From Octopus vulgaris (Eukaryota): DNA of 64,000 bases. The notes below the pieces were generated by a model that saw nothing but the letters and a program-made list of their open reading frames with translations, was not told the DNA's origin and searched no databases. The DNA lies in assembly GCA_951406725.2 (NCBI GenBank), contig OX597819.1, positions 44,206,001 through 44,270,000 of the forward strand, written 5' to 3'. Each line of letters opens with the position of its first letter. The stretch's first letter is position 1. Made by a program: the position numbers and the translations under genes. This document shows, in pieces, positions 13,910 through 28,578 of the stretch.

Positions 13910-14362
13910 CTTTTCTACTCTAGGCACAAGGCCCGAAATTTTAGGGGAAGGGACAGTCGATTTGATCGGCGTCAGTTCGCATCTGGTACTTAAGTTATCG
14001 ACTCCGAAAGGATGAAAGGCAAAATCGACCTCGGCAGAATTTGAATTCAGAACGTAAAGACAGATGAAATATCACTAAGCATTTCGCCCGGCGCGCTAAC
14101 GTTTCTGCCAGCTCACCGTCTTTAGAGAGAGAGAAGAGAAAGAGAAATTCTTTTCTACTCTAGGCACAAAGCCCGAAATTTTTGGGGGAGGGGGCCAGTC
14201 GGTTAGATCGACTCCAGTACGCAACTAGTACTTAATTTATCGACTCCGAAAGGAAGAAAGGCAAAGTCGACCACGGTGGAATTTGAACTCAGAACGTAAA
14301 GACACGAAATACCAGTAAACATTTGGCCCGGCGCGCTAACGATTCTACCAGCTCGCCGCCTT
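13910..14362 (-). mobile_element. Two tandem family C SINEs (tRNA-like head + Nin-domain-like core)
   Basis: Each copy reads, in reverse complement, 'ggc.g.gagctgg.agaa.cgttagcgcgccggg...ttctga.ttcaaatt...gcctttc.tcctttcggagtcgataa.ttaagtac.ag'. Confidence 0.8.
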
Positions 14363-16980
14363 CTGTTTTTTTTTTCATATCAGACGTCTCGTGTACGAAA
14401 CGTTGTAGCAAAAATCAGTGCTGGCTGTACTTTCTTAAAAATAGCTGTAGAGATAACTTTAACAAGTGATGTAATAGCAGTGCTAACACAGTAGAACATG
14501 GTATTGACTTATAAAAACATTTAATATACGTTATAGCGTATTATGGTTGCATAACGAAATACCATGTACCTACAAATCATCAATATCGAAGACTACAGAT
14601 CCAAGCAATCACGGGAACTGTAAAAATCTGTAATACTTTCCAGAAGTTCATCATTCAATTATATATGAGCATGTCTAGATATGCAAGTATATGCATGAGA
14701 AGACATACATAAGACAAAACTTACAAATCTGCACGTATACATACATACATACATACATACATACATACATACATACGTACATGCATGCATACATACATAC
14801 ATACATACATACATACATACATACATACATACATACGTACAAAAATACGCTGCTGTTGATGTTGAAATTCCAGCGAAGCAGCCTTGGATCTAGGTTAGAA
14901 ACCGGCTTTTTCTCTATTGGCAAGAAATCTTGAAGTAAAACTGAATAATGGCATACATATAAACCTACATACACGCATGCATACATACATACATACATAC
15001 ATACATACATACATACATACATACATACATACAGACAGACAGACAGACAGAGAGACAGACATACAGACGGACAGACATGCATACGAGCATACATACATGA
15101 ATGCATACACACACACATTTGTATACACATACAAATCACATACGTAGTTGTACAGAATCATTTGCATTTACAGGCATAGATGAACGTACATCTAGTTTCT
15201 CTGGCAGCGAACAGACAGATATGTTACCAATAAGGAGACACTGCCCTGCGGTATATTTAGCTAATGGAATTGATCTCTCATCCGGTTTAACTCCATCACG
15301 TGGCTCTTAGTTGCTTCATAGGAAGACCCTACTCTACGGCAAGTCTTCGGGCCAGGTCTTCTATCTGACGATTTCGTTCTAAACCTCACTTGATTTTAAG
15401 TCGCTTTAAAGGTAGTGATAATAAAGAAAAGTCATGAAAAATATAGGAATGCATACTTTACTATAGCAGTTGTATAGGCCACTGGTTAAGACATTTGCTT
15501 TGCTACCATTAGATTCCGGTTTCGATCCCACGGCGTGGTAAATTAAGTAAATGAGATTTCTTTTCTATAGATTTGTATGATGGGCTAAAATGGAAGGATA
15601 TTTGCCGGCTGTTTCCAATAGTTATCTCGACCTAGTAGAGACATTCTTATTGAGTTTTGGTGTTAGATATGGGGGACACCATAATGGTAGTAGTGGTGAT
15701 GGTGGTCGTAGTGGTGGTGGCAATAGTAGAGATGGTCGTAGTATTTGCGGAGTTGGTGGTGGCGTTAATTTTGGTGTTGGTGGTATTCATTGGTGATTTT
15801 ATTAGCGTTAGCAGCGGTGGTGCAGAGTTTGGTAATGTGTGTGTGTGTGTGTGTGGGGGGGGGGGGGTGATGGAATCGGTGTTGGCATTGGTGGTGGTTG
15901 TGGTGGTAGTGATGATGATGATGGTAGTCAAATTAGCGGGAAAACTCAAGGGAACGATGGTAGTATTTATGTTTAGCATTGATAGTAATCGTTTCTGTAT
16001 TAAGATAGTGGCTATGATGTGTACGCATGTGTCTATGTACGTATGTGTGCGCGCGTGTGTGTGTGTGTGTGCGCGTGTGTGTGCGCGCGTGATAGTCGTT
16101 CATGAGACGCGCATCTAAATCACCCACGACGTTGCGGGGGGTCTTCAGATTACAAGCAGACAGACAAACTAATATAAGCAAACGCCCGATAATTCTACTA
16201 GAAAATTCTAATAGGCCTTGCTTAATGAATAACAGGAACACAAGAAGGAAATGAGCAGCGATTTTTACTCATAAAAAATGACCAACACAGACCCTCCCTG
16301 CAACATCCACGCACGCAGTGAAGTGAGCGATCATGGCCGAGCTCAATACAAAGACCACCACTACGACTACCACCAGATTTACAACTAAGTTAACACTAAA
16401 TGTGTCCCTGGAATGTTCCAATTTAGATTAGTACGATTATTCATTGGTATCCAAATGCAATTAAGTAAGCATAGTCAATGGAATATTCTGTTTGTTCTAT
16501 TGCACATTTCCATGCTGCACTACAGACTAGATTATATAGCCTTTTCATACAGAGCCGTCTTAATTTCGTTGTTAATTACATACACCAGGCTTAATTACAT
16601 CAAACATAAATGCGACGGCATGGCAGTGATAGTATTGCTGCAAATTCCACGCTGCTCTTGGAGGTCTCTTGTGAAATCGTTTCGTTTTCGTTGCAAATTC
16701 TTTTCTTCTCTTCCTCTATATATCTCTCTATATCTCTATATCTGTTTGTATATTTCGATGCATACATACTCATATACATACATGCCAACACACACATACA
16801 CACACACACACACACACGCACATACATAATGTTTGCAAGTTTATATTTATACGTGTGTATATATAAATATATATGTATGTATATATATATATATATGTAT
16901 GTATATACAATTTACCGATACGAATATATATATGCATTATACATACATATATAGATATGTGTGTGCATGTGTTATCACAG

Positions 16981-17100
16981 TAGGTGCAGGCAGGGCTGTG
17001 TCGATAGAAGTTTGCTTCCCAACGACATGGTTCCGGGTTCAGTCCAACTGCATGACACCTTGGGAAAGTGTCTTCTACTATAGCTTTGGGCTGAACAAAA
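16981..17100 (+). mobile_element. SINE family B, 5' part
   Basis: 'ggtgcaggcagggctgtg...catggttccgggttcagtcc...ccttgggaaagtgtcttctactatagc'. Confidence 0.7.
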
Positions 17101-17102
17101 CC

Positions 17103-17166
<64 letters not shown>

Positions 17167-17500
17167 TGTTTGTGTTGACACTATTCTTGCTGCAATAGTG
17201 ATAACAAGAAAGTCTTCCATCCACTTGCTCTGTTAAAATATTTAAGAAAAATTATAATATATATCTTGTCTGTTGAAAATCCATATTTTCTGCAGCTGAA
17301 GATAGCGCTGTATTTAAATTGATGCAATGATTACATTGTTCAGTTAAATGGAGCCGCTTGAAACGGTCGCACTGCATTACTACTTGACATCCTGTTACTT
17401 ATTTGGATTTTATTCTCCTTACTTGAAGCTGTGCGGATAATACCGGACTAACTAGGTGCTTCAACTTAAGTACATAATTCAATTGGATCTTAATTACTCT

Positions 17501-17906
<406 letters not shown>

Positions 17907-18005
17907 ACGTACGTACATACATAAATACGTACATATATACATACATACATACATACATACATACATACATACATACATACATACATACAGACAGACAGAC
18001 AGATA

Positions 18006-18802
18006 CAGGGTGCGGTGAATAAACTGTCGTCTAAATTATGCAAAAATGAAAACACTGCCATCTCATTTTAACAGATATATTTACTAAAATTACATAAAAA
18101 TATCTTGAAATACTACAAGGAAAATGTATCCAATAAAATCGCCACCGGTTTCAACTACGGCCTCCAGACTACTTCGGAATCTCCTGGAAATCTTCTGGGC
18201 GGTCTCCTTGTTTAAGTTGCTGAATGCTGCCATAATGCTTGCCTTCAAAGAGTTTTGTTGGTTTCTCGCTGAACTGCGCTCCACACATAATAATCAAGGG
18301 GTTACAGTCTGGGGAGTTAGGTAACCAGATGTCAGGGGTGATACGGTCGCAGAAATAATCTGACAGCTATAACTGGGTTCTCCTGCTTGTATGACATGGT
18401 GGAGAGTCCTGTTACCAGACATAGGGTCATCTAGCAGCCACCCTCTTGACCCAGGGCAGCACAACTTCCGCTTGGCATTTAATGTAGGCTTTCACTAGTG
18501 ATCACTCCAAACACCATGATGTTGATTAGATGTTTAATTTTTATCACTCTCGGTACATGTCTTCAGATTGACACCCAAACACTCTGAAATATTCGTACTG
18601 GAACTTCCGGCGCGAATGCCAAGCCGTACAGCATGTCGTTTCCAAATTTCTGGCAGAGTGAATAGCACCATGGTGCTGTTTTTCTCACAGACGGTGTCCA
18701 ACTGACTCTACTACACTGTGCAGCCTTCAAAATCAAAAACAAACAATGCACATGCACAAAATTGAAAATACAAAATGGCGACAATTTACCCATCGCAACC
18801 TG
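18006..18802 (-). mobile_element. Internally deleted Tc1/mariner-superfamily DD37D (maT) transposon
   Basis: Minus-strand peptide QDSPPCHTSRRTQL*LSDYFCDRITPDIWLPNSPDCNPLDYYVW has 37 residues between the 2nd and 3rd catalytic D, with C-terminus RFRSSLEAVVETGGDFI. Imperfect 26-bp TIRs (cagggtgcggtgaataaactgtcgtc / caggttgcgatgggtaaattgtcgcc), with TA on the left flank. Confidence 0.85.
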
Positions 18803-18822
18803 CATATGTGTGTGTGTGTGTG

Positions 18823-18891
<69 letters not shown>

Positions 18892-19132
18892 TGCTTGGGT
18901 CGTGCGCGCGCGCTTGTCAGCGTGCGTGTGTGTATGGAGCAAATAAAAGATATACATACATGCATATATATAGCTACACACACACACACAAACACACACG
19001 CAAAATTGCTGGGAATGGGACCGAGTTTCTCTTTTTACTCTTAAATATAATAGCTCCTCCTCTGTAGATCGTTTATTATCAATGTTTTAAGATAATAACC
19101 AAAAACTAAGGCAGTCACACATATGTGCCTAG

Positions 19133-19232
<100 letters not shown>

Positions 19233-19293
19233 GTCTATCTGTGTTTCTGTCTGTCTGCCTGCCTGCCTGTCTGCCTGCCTGCCTGCCTGCCTG

Positions 19294-19339
<46 letters not shown>

Positions 19340-19447
19340 CATCTATCTGTCTGTCTGTCTGTCTGCCTCTGTCTTTCTGTCTGTCTTTATGTCTGTCTGC
19401 CTGCCTGTCTGTCTATCTGTCTGTCTATCTATCTATCTATCTATCTA

Positions 19448-19494
<47 letters not shown>

Positions 19495-19551
19495 TTCTGT
19501 CTGTCTTTCTGTCTTTATGACTGTCTGCCTGCCTGTCTGTCTATCTGTCTG

Positions 19552-19604
<53 letters not shown>

Positions 19605-20199
19605 ATTTTCCAAATCCCAATATTTCTGGCCTTGTTTCTCTGTGAAAAATTAATGTAATTTATTTATCATTATAGTTTTAATGAGCTGAATTAATTCGGT
19701 AATTCTTAGAAGTAACTTAGTTCAAATACAGTTTCGAAAAGGCTTACCAATGTACACTTCTCAATTTACATTTTTGCACATAATTTGCAAGTTATAACTC
19801 CTTGTCTGAAAGAGTATTCATATATTTTTTTTAAACGCACGAATTGTATTTATTTAGTTGGGATTACTCCTAATTTGCAATATATTACAAACCTCATACA
19901 GCATCAGTTTGAAAGGCCTTGATCTAGTATATCTAATAGTTTGATACTTCGAATTGGCGCAGTTCACTTTTATAACCAGTAGTTATCCATCTTCTTTGAT
20001 TTCGTGACGCCTCGGAAATCAGATGTAAAAAATATATGGCACAAGTCGCTTGTAACGTTAAAAAAAAGAAACTATTCTAATGGTAAAGATTTAAAAAATG
20101 TGCCCCAGCCCCTGGATAAAATCGATAAAAGAATAACTCATGTGCATATCATGTTTTATTAACCATATTTGTGTTTAACAAGGTTATGAACTATCATAA

Positions 20200-20700
20200 G
20201 ACGGCTAGCTGACAGAAACGTTAGCACGCCGGGCGAAATGCTTAGCGGTATTTCGTCTGCCGCTACGTTCTGAGTTCAAATTCGGCCGATGAAAAGCAAA
20301 GTCGACCTCGGCGGAATTTGAACTCACAACGTAACGCAGACGAAATACCGCTAAGCATTTCGCCCGGCGTGCTAACGTTTCTGCCAGCTCGCCGCCTTTA
20401 TACTTACTTAAACAAGTACCAGTTACGCACTGGTGTCGATGTAATCAACTTAATCCGTTTGTCTGTCCTTGTTTATTACCCCTGTGTTTAGCCCCTTGTG
20501 GGTAGTAAAGAAATAGGTATTTCGTCTACCGTTACGTTCTGAGTTCAAATTCCGCCGAGGTCGACTTTGCCTTTCATCTTTTCGGGGTCGATAAATTAAA
20601 TACCAGTTACGCAGTGGAGTTGATGTAATCGACTTAATCCCTTTGTCTGTCCTTGTTTTCCCCCTCTATGTTTAGCCCCTTGTTGGCAATAAAGACATAA
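20200..20700. mobile_element. Family C SINE cluster including an inverted pair
   Basis: 20203-20289 (+) and ~20308-20396 (-) are near-perfect complements. A further + copy lies at ~20517-20700. Confidence 0.85.
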
Positions 20701-21007
20701 GATTATAAACTATCATCTGTTTTTGGAAAAGCTCAAATATTAAAATGGAGGTTGTAAAGGCTCAAATTATATGTTCAAAATCCAACAGGACACCTAAATA
20801 GCTCCTGCAATACACTGTTTCAGAATTATGAGCCTAAACTAACCGCTTTGTCAATATATTTCGGTTAAAATACTCCTCCTTTTGTTTCAATTAATTTTAA
20901 AAGTAATAAAGAATAACTTTGTTGGTGTTTAGAACAATGTAAGTTTGACGGAAATCTTTAATTTCGCACACTATAAAACAGAACATTTGTATATCTAAGT
21001 ATGTATG

Positions 21008-21225
21008 TACGAGAAGTAATGAAAAGATCCCAACTTTAAGGTATCGCAAAAGGCCTGGTTGGTGGCCCAACCTGCCGAGATCTTTTACAAGGCTTAGAAA
21101 AATTGATTGAACACTGCAACAAGTGTGCGAATCTGAGAGGGGAATATGTTGAATAAAATCAAGATTAACTGATCCTCCTGTATTTTATTTTATCCAAAGC
21201 CTGGATCTTTTCAGCAATCATCATA
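21008..21225 (+). mobile_element. Mariner-derived MITE retaining the transposase C-terminus
   Basis: Encodes ...QGLEKLIEHCNKCANLRGEYVE*, like the mariner C-terminal 'GI.KL..RW.KC...G.Y.E'. Related copies lie at 38.8 and 59.7 kb. Confidence 0.7.
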
Positions 21226-21650
21226 TATATGTTTATGGTTGTGTGTTTTTGTGTTTTAAAACATAGTTTTATTGTTGAATAGAATCTGAAGATATATAGT
21301 AGAAGACACTCAAGGTACTACGCTGTGGGACTGAAACCCAAACCATCTGGTTGGGAAGCAAACTTTTTACCACACAACCACGTTTTTTTTTTTTTTTACG
21401 ATAGGTGAAATAAATTAGGATCTAAGAAGTGTCCTCCTGCTGAAATAATGAAATCTCGACCATTCTGTTAGCATTTCAGAGAATTACTACAGTGGAAATA
21501 TTTTACTCCGGGTCCACTTTAGATGCGTGTCTTTTGAAACAGGATAAACCCCCCAGAACACGGCAAATTATTTCAACGATCAATATCAACATAACGTATG
21601 ACATGCAAAGAAAAAGTAGCCAAATCTCCCTGACACAAAACCCTACCGTC

Positions 21651-21858
21651 TTGTTCCTTCCGAGTCATACAGACTCATAGGGGCTGGTTTCACGGTTCCT
21701 ATCACAGGATTACTTATTTTTGCCAGTTGAGTGGACTGGAGCAACGTGAAAATGAAGTGTTTTGCTCACAAATACAACGCGTCGCCCGGTCCAGGAATCG
21801 AAACCATAATCTTACGATCATGAGTCCAACACCCCTAACCACTTAGCCACGTGCCTCC
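21651..21858 (-). mobile_element. Family A SINE with 11-bp target-site duplication
   Basis: ACCCTACCGTC at 21640-21650 and 21859-21869. The head in reverse complement is 'ggcacgtggctaagtggttagg...ggtttcgattcc'. Confidence 0.85.
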
Positions 21859-21874
21859 ACCCTACCGTCATACA

Positions 21875-22098
21875 CAAAGAATCCCTCGCGATATCGGGGT
21901 TCACCTATCACGGTTTATTATTTAAGCTTAGGTCGATTCCTCTGTGGTGTTGTTTTGCATTTATCACAAAATAGATATATACGAATTATAAAAATAAAAT
22001 ATATATATATACAGTGCAGTACTGTTACAACTTCGCAGATTTTCATCTATCGCGGTGGGTTTTGGAACGTAAAATCCGCGATAGTCGAAGGATTATTG
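21875..22098. mobile_element. Tigger/pogo-like MITE
   Basis: Ends resemble CAGTAATCCCTCG / CGAGGGATTACTG-TA. Same family as 30913-31174, in the opposite orientation. Confidence 0.7.
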
Positions 22099-22779
22099 TA
22101 CATTGGTAATATACAGTGAACAATTCAATCCCTCGCATTAAAAAAAGGCGGGATGGTCATGGCTGGAAAACCTTTGTTCTTGTATTTGTTCGATCAGGCT
22201 TGACTTGGATATATATACAACACGATAACTAGCAGAAATATCAGGCCCCTCCATTGCCACTGCTTCCACCACGCCGCTACCATTATTTTTATAGTATCCA
22301 TATCAAAAGACGGCGATGAAAACCAATGCCGCCAGCTCCACCTCATCTCAGGAGACTCATGGGATTCCAATAAATGAACTAAATCTATCCAAATGCTTGA
22401 GTAGATTCCGTTATTTATATTTGCCTACCTATGAATGGTAATTCAAAACCAAAAAGCAAGTTCCATTATAAGAAAAAGATAACATTATTGACTCATATAT
22501 CTATAATAGACGTCGAGAAATGGATTCATGCGGTGATATGATATCGGTGAAACAAATACGCGGATCAATTTTGATTTATCTCTGGAACAATATTCCTCTT
22601 CCAGTGTGTGTAGCTGCTTGTTTCCACATGCAGAGATGCATACATCGACTCCGGGGCATATTCCGTGTCACTATGTATCGGGTAAAGTGGTTTCTGATTT
22701 AGGCAGAAAGGTCATCAGTTTTGAAGGGACGGGGTTAGTCAGTACATTCAAGTACAATTCAAGTATATACTTGATTGGT

Positions 22780-22933
22780 ACTAGTGTTAGCAGTGTGGTA
22801 AGAATCTTGCTTCTCAATCACCTGGTTCCTGTTTCAGTCCCACTGTGTGACACCTTGGGCAAGTGTCTTCTACTATATCCTCGGGCCGACCAAAGCCTTG
22901 TGAGTGGATTGGGTAGACGAAAGCTCGTTGCAC

Positions 22934-22980
<47 letters not shown>

Positions 22981-23215
22981 CGATGAGTGCGTGTTTGTGT
23001 TTGCACGTGTGTGTCATTGTATGTCCTTTTGCCTCCCACTACTGCTTGACAAAATGTGTTGGTGTGTTTACTTCCCCATAACATAGCAGCTCGGCAAAAG
23101 ATATCGATAGAATGAGTACCAGGCTTTTAAAAAACTAAGTCTAAGGGGTCGATCCATTCGACTAAAAATTCAAGGTGGTGCTCCAGCATGGCCGCAGTCA
23201 AATGACTGAAATAAA
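22780..23215 (+). mobile_element. SINE family B, near full length
   Basis: tRNA-like head, 'ccttgggcaagtgtcttctactata', internal (TG)n, and tail 'ggtggtgctccagcatggccgcagtcaaatgactgaaa'. Confidence 0.85.
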
Positions 23216-24294
23216 TAAATAAAACAATCCCGAAAGGAAGAAAGCACACTTGACAAGGAATTTGAACTCAGGTTTACTGACTCGGAACAAATAACGCAAG
23301 GCATTTTTTTCTGACGCTCTAAAGATTCTGTGTGAAGTGGCCAAGACATTTACCTCTTAGCGGCCAACTGACACCAGAAGTGGTGTGCAATTCACTTGGG
23401 AAATAACGATATTAACGAGCACAGGGATATGAACGAGTGTTTCTTTGGCTTGCAGTGTGTTATTTGCCCTCAAGGCAAGGTCGGATTGGTTACGGGTTAT
23501 TAATCTTAGTTTATCGAACTACAGACTTGATGTAAAATGCAGTGATAATATCCCGGATATTGCATGCTTTCACTAAGATGAGAATGATAAAGTACCTCCC
23601 TTCATGTTTTTGTTTAGTCTCTGGTATACTCAGATTTAGAATACCTATAATCTAAGGCATTTTAGCCTTATTCATTTCGTCTCGATTTCAGACATAAAGT
23701 ATCTAAAACTACATCTTACTACGTGCAGCTTTTTTGTTTTTTTTGTTTGTTTCCGATCTGCTTCAAATTACCTCTAATTTACATCGGTAAGGTGCAATTT
23801 GAAAGAGATCTGGCTACTATTTCTAGCGGATCGAGCGACCTATCAGAAAATAATACGGGTTATGTTGCACGCTGTCTCTAACGTCTTACATAACGAAGAA
23901 CATATCAAATTATTCAGTTCCTCGTGTACCAAAAGGACCGGCTCGCCTACGCTGGAGCACCTTTGATCGTTGATTTATTTGATCAGGGTTGATTTGTAGT
24001 TAAACAACAACAAAACAATAACAACAACAACAACAGCAACAGCAGCAGCAGCAGCAAAATAATCAGCAGCAACATAACTTCCTGCCACCGCCACAACAGC
24101 CACCAAGGCGAACTTTTACACAATTTTTAAAATCATAAACGGCAATGAAACTCAACCCCACTAACTCTACCAACGCCAAAACTCCTGGGATTTTAATATA
24201 ATTACTAAATCTACCCAGACACACGCTCGAGATGGTCCTGTTCATTATATTTGCTTACTTGTCATTGTTATTTTGTAAAAACATTCTCCATTAT

Positions 24295-24740
24295 AGCAGT
24301 AGCTGTGTGGTTAGAAGCTGGCTTCCCAACCACATGGTTCTGAGTTCAGTCGCTCTGCGTGGCACATTCGGCAAGTGTCTCCTATTATAGTCCTCGGGCC
24401 GACTAAAGCCTTGTGAATGGATTTGATAGACGGAAACTGAAAGAAGCCCGTCGTATATATGTATATATATATATATATATGTGTGTGTGTCTGTGTCTGT
24501 GTGTGTTCGTGTCTGTGTTTGTCCCGCACGTCCGCTAGACAACTGGTGTTGGTGTGTTTACGTCCACGTAAAGTAGCTGTTCAGCACGAGAGACCGCTAG
24601 AATAAGTACCAAGCTTAACAAAAAAAAAAAAAAAAAGTGCACTAAGGTCGATTGATTCGACTAAAAATTCAACAAGGCGTTGCCCCAGCATGGCCGAAGT
24701 CTAATGACCTAAACAAGTAAAAGATAAAAGATAAAAGATA
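24295..24740 (+). mobile_element. SINE family B, near full length
   Basis: Same architecture as 22780-23215, ending in (TAAAAGA)n. Confidence 0.85.
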
Positions 24741-25984
24741 TTGGTAAAAAAAATATTATTGACTGTGTAATATAATTCTGATATTAATGTTTGTCAAGGT
24801 ATTGACGTGGTAGAACCAGTTGACATTACTGTGTTTCATTAAGTTCCTTGATGCTTTCATTCAACAACTCGGGGTTATGTTTGTTTTTCATCTTTGTGAT
24901 GTAGGTAATACACTACAGAAATTGTAGTTGATCTTCTCTCCGATGTTCGTTGGGATTCAGAAAACGTTTAGTATAGTTCTGTTGAAATATATATTCAGAA
25001 ACGATTAGTATATTTCTGTTGTAAATGGAATGGGTGACTTAGCGTGAAACTATCACAGGCTGGTGTAGAACCTAGACTGAAGACTTTAACTTCACTTACG
25101 CCAGGTATGATCATGAAAAAAAAAATGCATGAACTCCACACACTCTCATTTCCCATCATAATAAAACGGAAGCGATTGATTAGATCAGAAATCAACATTA
25201 ATTCATGAATTAGTGTATATAGTACCCAACTCTATTAGTATTAATCCTTGTGGTAAAAATTACAAACGGAGAACAGTATTTAGTAATAAATACGCACATA
25301 CATCCACATATATACACTTTTCGTATACTCACATATACACTCACGCAAGCACGCGTGGGAGCAAGCAAACGCATTCGCACACATACACGCGCACACACAC
25401 ACATACGTACACGCACACACACCATCATTCTTCTACACACCACACACACAAACATACACATATGTTATCATCAATCATTCTTTTAACTAGATGAGTGCAT
25501 TCGCAACCTTTGAAGAGAGTTTCAAGTATCTTTATGCTTTTTCAAAGAACTGACTTTCATTTGATGCAACGGCTTTCTACATCAAAGTATTTAAAAGTAA
25601 ACCAGTAAATTTGCAGTCGATACTAAATTGGTATCAGATGAGAGAGAAACGGGTGAAATCTGAAAGAGTAGATCCCGAATTGGTGGAAACCCAGGTGCAC
25701 TACTTTCTATTTACCCTAGTGAGGTAAGAAAAAGAAGATAGAAAATAAAATAAAATCTCTTTTATTCGAATTTTGAGTCTGGCGGCATAGAGATAGTATT
25801 TCTGATTTCAGCAACTTTGTTCATTCGTGGTTGAACGCACGAACAGATTAGCGGACATGTGGGAATAAAATGAAATAACATAAAAGTAAAATATCCTGAA
25901 ATAAAATAAAATAAAAGAGAGAGACATGAATAAATATTTTGAAATTTCTTAATACTAAACAAGCACTGAGATTTGTGACACAAC

Positions 25985-26050
<66 letters not shown>

Positions 26051-26161
26051 ATATATATATTTGTATATATATATGTATATATATATAAATATATACTTAC
26101 ATATATATATATGCATATATATACTTACATATATATATATATACATTCATATATATACATG

Positions 26162-26201
<40 letters not shown>

Positions 26202-26466
26202 GTGTATATATAAACACACACACACACATATATATATACGTAAGTATAGTTAGTATCTGTAAGATAATGCGATAAAGTGTTCCCCTAAGGATCCGTTGTG
26301 ATTGAGCATCAAGTAGCACTTGGAACATCCAACGCAGGACTTTTAAACAACCACACAGTTGAAACGTACGTAGGAACAAACGCTATAATTTGTGTTTATC
26401 GCAATTCCTCTTATACATACATATTTACATGCATACATACATACAGTCATACATGCATATATACAT

Positions 26467-26503
<37 letters not shown>

Positions 26504-26621
26504 CACACATATGTAATGTAGCGATGTATATATACATATATACAGTTCTATATTTAAGAGATGAGGAATTATGTACATTATTTACAATTGACAGATATTT
26601 GTCCTCATCTTGCTTGTTGTT

Positions 26622-26667
26622 AACACAACGTTTCGGCTGATATACCTTCCAGCCTTCATCAGGTGTC
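26622..26667 (-). ncRNA. Minimal type I hammerhead ribozyme
   Basis: Reverse complement GACAC-CTGATGA-a-GGCTG(gaaggtatat)CAGCC-GAAA-cg-TT-GTGTT. The core is intact, stems I and II are 5 bp, and an AACGTT palindrome forms stem III. Confidence 0.85.
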
Positions 26668-26773
26668 TTGGGGAAATTTCGAGCCTGTGTTCTCATTCCT
26701 AAGGTATTTTTCGATGTTGTTATTGTTGTTGTTGTTGTTGTTATTATTATTATCATTATCATCATCATCATCA

Positions 26774-27012
<239 letters not shown>

Positions 27013-27013
<1 letters not shown>

Positions 27014-27160
27014 AAAAATACCTTAGGAATGAGAACTCAGGTTCGAAGCTTCCCCAAGACACTTGATGAAGGAGGGAGGGTATATCAGCCGAAAACTTGT
27101 GTTAACAACAAACAAGATGAGGACAAATATCTGTCAATTGTAAATAATGTAAATAATGTA
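27013..27160 (+). mobile_element. Inverted partial pLTR with degenerate hammerhead
   Basis: Reverse complement of ~26567-26713. The core is mutated (TTGATGA, stem II disrupted). An inverted 5' pLTR is a known PLE insertion signature. Confidence 0.85.
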
Positions 27161-27175
27161 TATACATATATATTT

Positions 27176-27300
27176 AACAATGAGGGAACAAGAAACACGG
27201 TGTATTAGTTTGGCGGTCAGTAAAAATGGAAGAATCTTTGATGTTTTAAGCCTAGGCTCTCCTTCAGAAATGAATTGAGAAAGAAAACAATGAAGAGAAG
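27176..27300 (-). mobile_element. Decayed pLTR fragment with degenerate hammerhead
   Basis: Reverse complement TTT-CTGAAGG-a-GAGC(ctag)GCTT-AAAA-ca-TC-AAA has the same layout as 5201-5235, with core substitutions. Confidence 0.55.
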
Positions 27301-27573
27301 AAAAAATTTAAATATACATACATACATACAGATATGTTCGTTGGTTTAAATACTTGTATGTAAATGTGTCTTTATGTGTATATATGCTCTAATACTCTCG
27401 GGAGTACAAATTGGAGTAGAGTTCATTCGGTTATTTTCTGAAAATCTATGACAACGTGAATTGAATAATAGTTTGTGGAAACTGTTGTCATTGTTGTTAG
27501 CACATATGTCGTTCCCTCGTATGTAAAAGAAAATAGAAATTATCTCTGTTATTTGATTTCTGTGCTGCGTTTA

Positions 27574-27604
<31 letters not shown>

Positions 27605-27684
27605 TGTATGTATGTATGTATGTATGTATGTATGTATGTCTGTGTATATGGATGTATGTATGCATGCATGTGTATATGTATGTA

Positions 27685-27716
<32 letters not shown>

Positions 27717-27847
27717 CATAGACAAACACACACACATATATACATACATATTTGATCGTACTATCTTGAATGCTTTTACATGAGCAAATGACAAACGTGT
27801 TTTAGTTAATGAGGCCTGGGCAATATTAGCACGATTCGAAAAGCAAT

Positions 27848-27897
<50 letters not shown>

Positions 27898-27932
27898 TAA
27901 CCACCAACATCACCACCACCATCGACAACATC

Positions 27933-27983
<51 letters not shown>

Positions 27984-28163
27984 ATTAATATTAATTAATA
28001 TTAATAGTAATAATGAAATTTGTAATGTTAATTGTTCTATTTTAGATATAGTATCCCCATTCCTCCATAAAATAAAATATTAAAAACGTCGCGAAATTAA
28101 GCTCAACGACGTCAATACTTATAACACACATACACTTACTACATATATATGTGTGTATATGTA

Positions 28164-28263
<100 letters not shown>

Positions 28264-28290
28264 AATATATACATATATATACATATATAT

Positions 28291-28321
<31 letters not shown>

Positions 28322-28404
28322 CATATACATACGTTTAAAAACGGTAGTTATAACGTTTCCTGCGAAATAGCCAAGATGAAGTGGCGATAAGCATTATCTC
28401 TCAG

Positions 28405-28578
<174 letters not shown>

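Noticed and set aside
15170-15400. Possible LINE UTR or structured RNA
   Set aside because: No second copy in the window and no ribozyme core identified.
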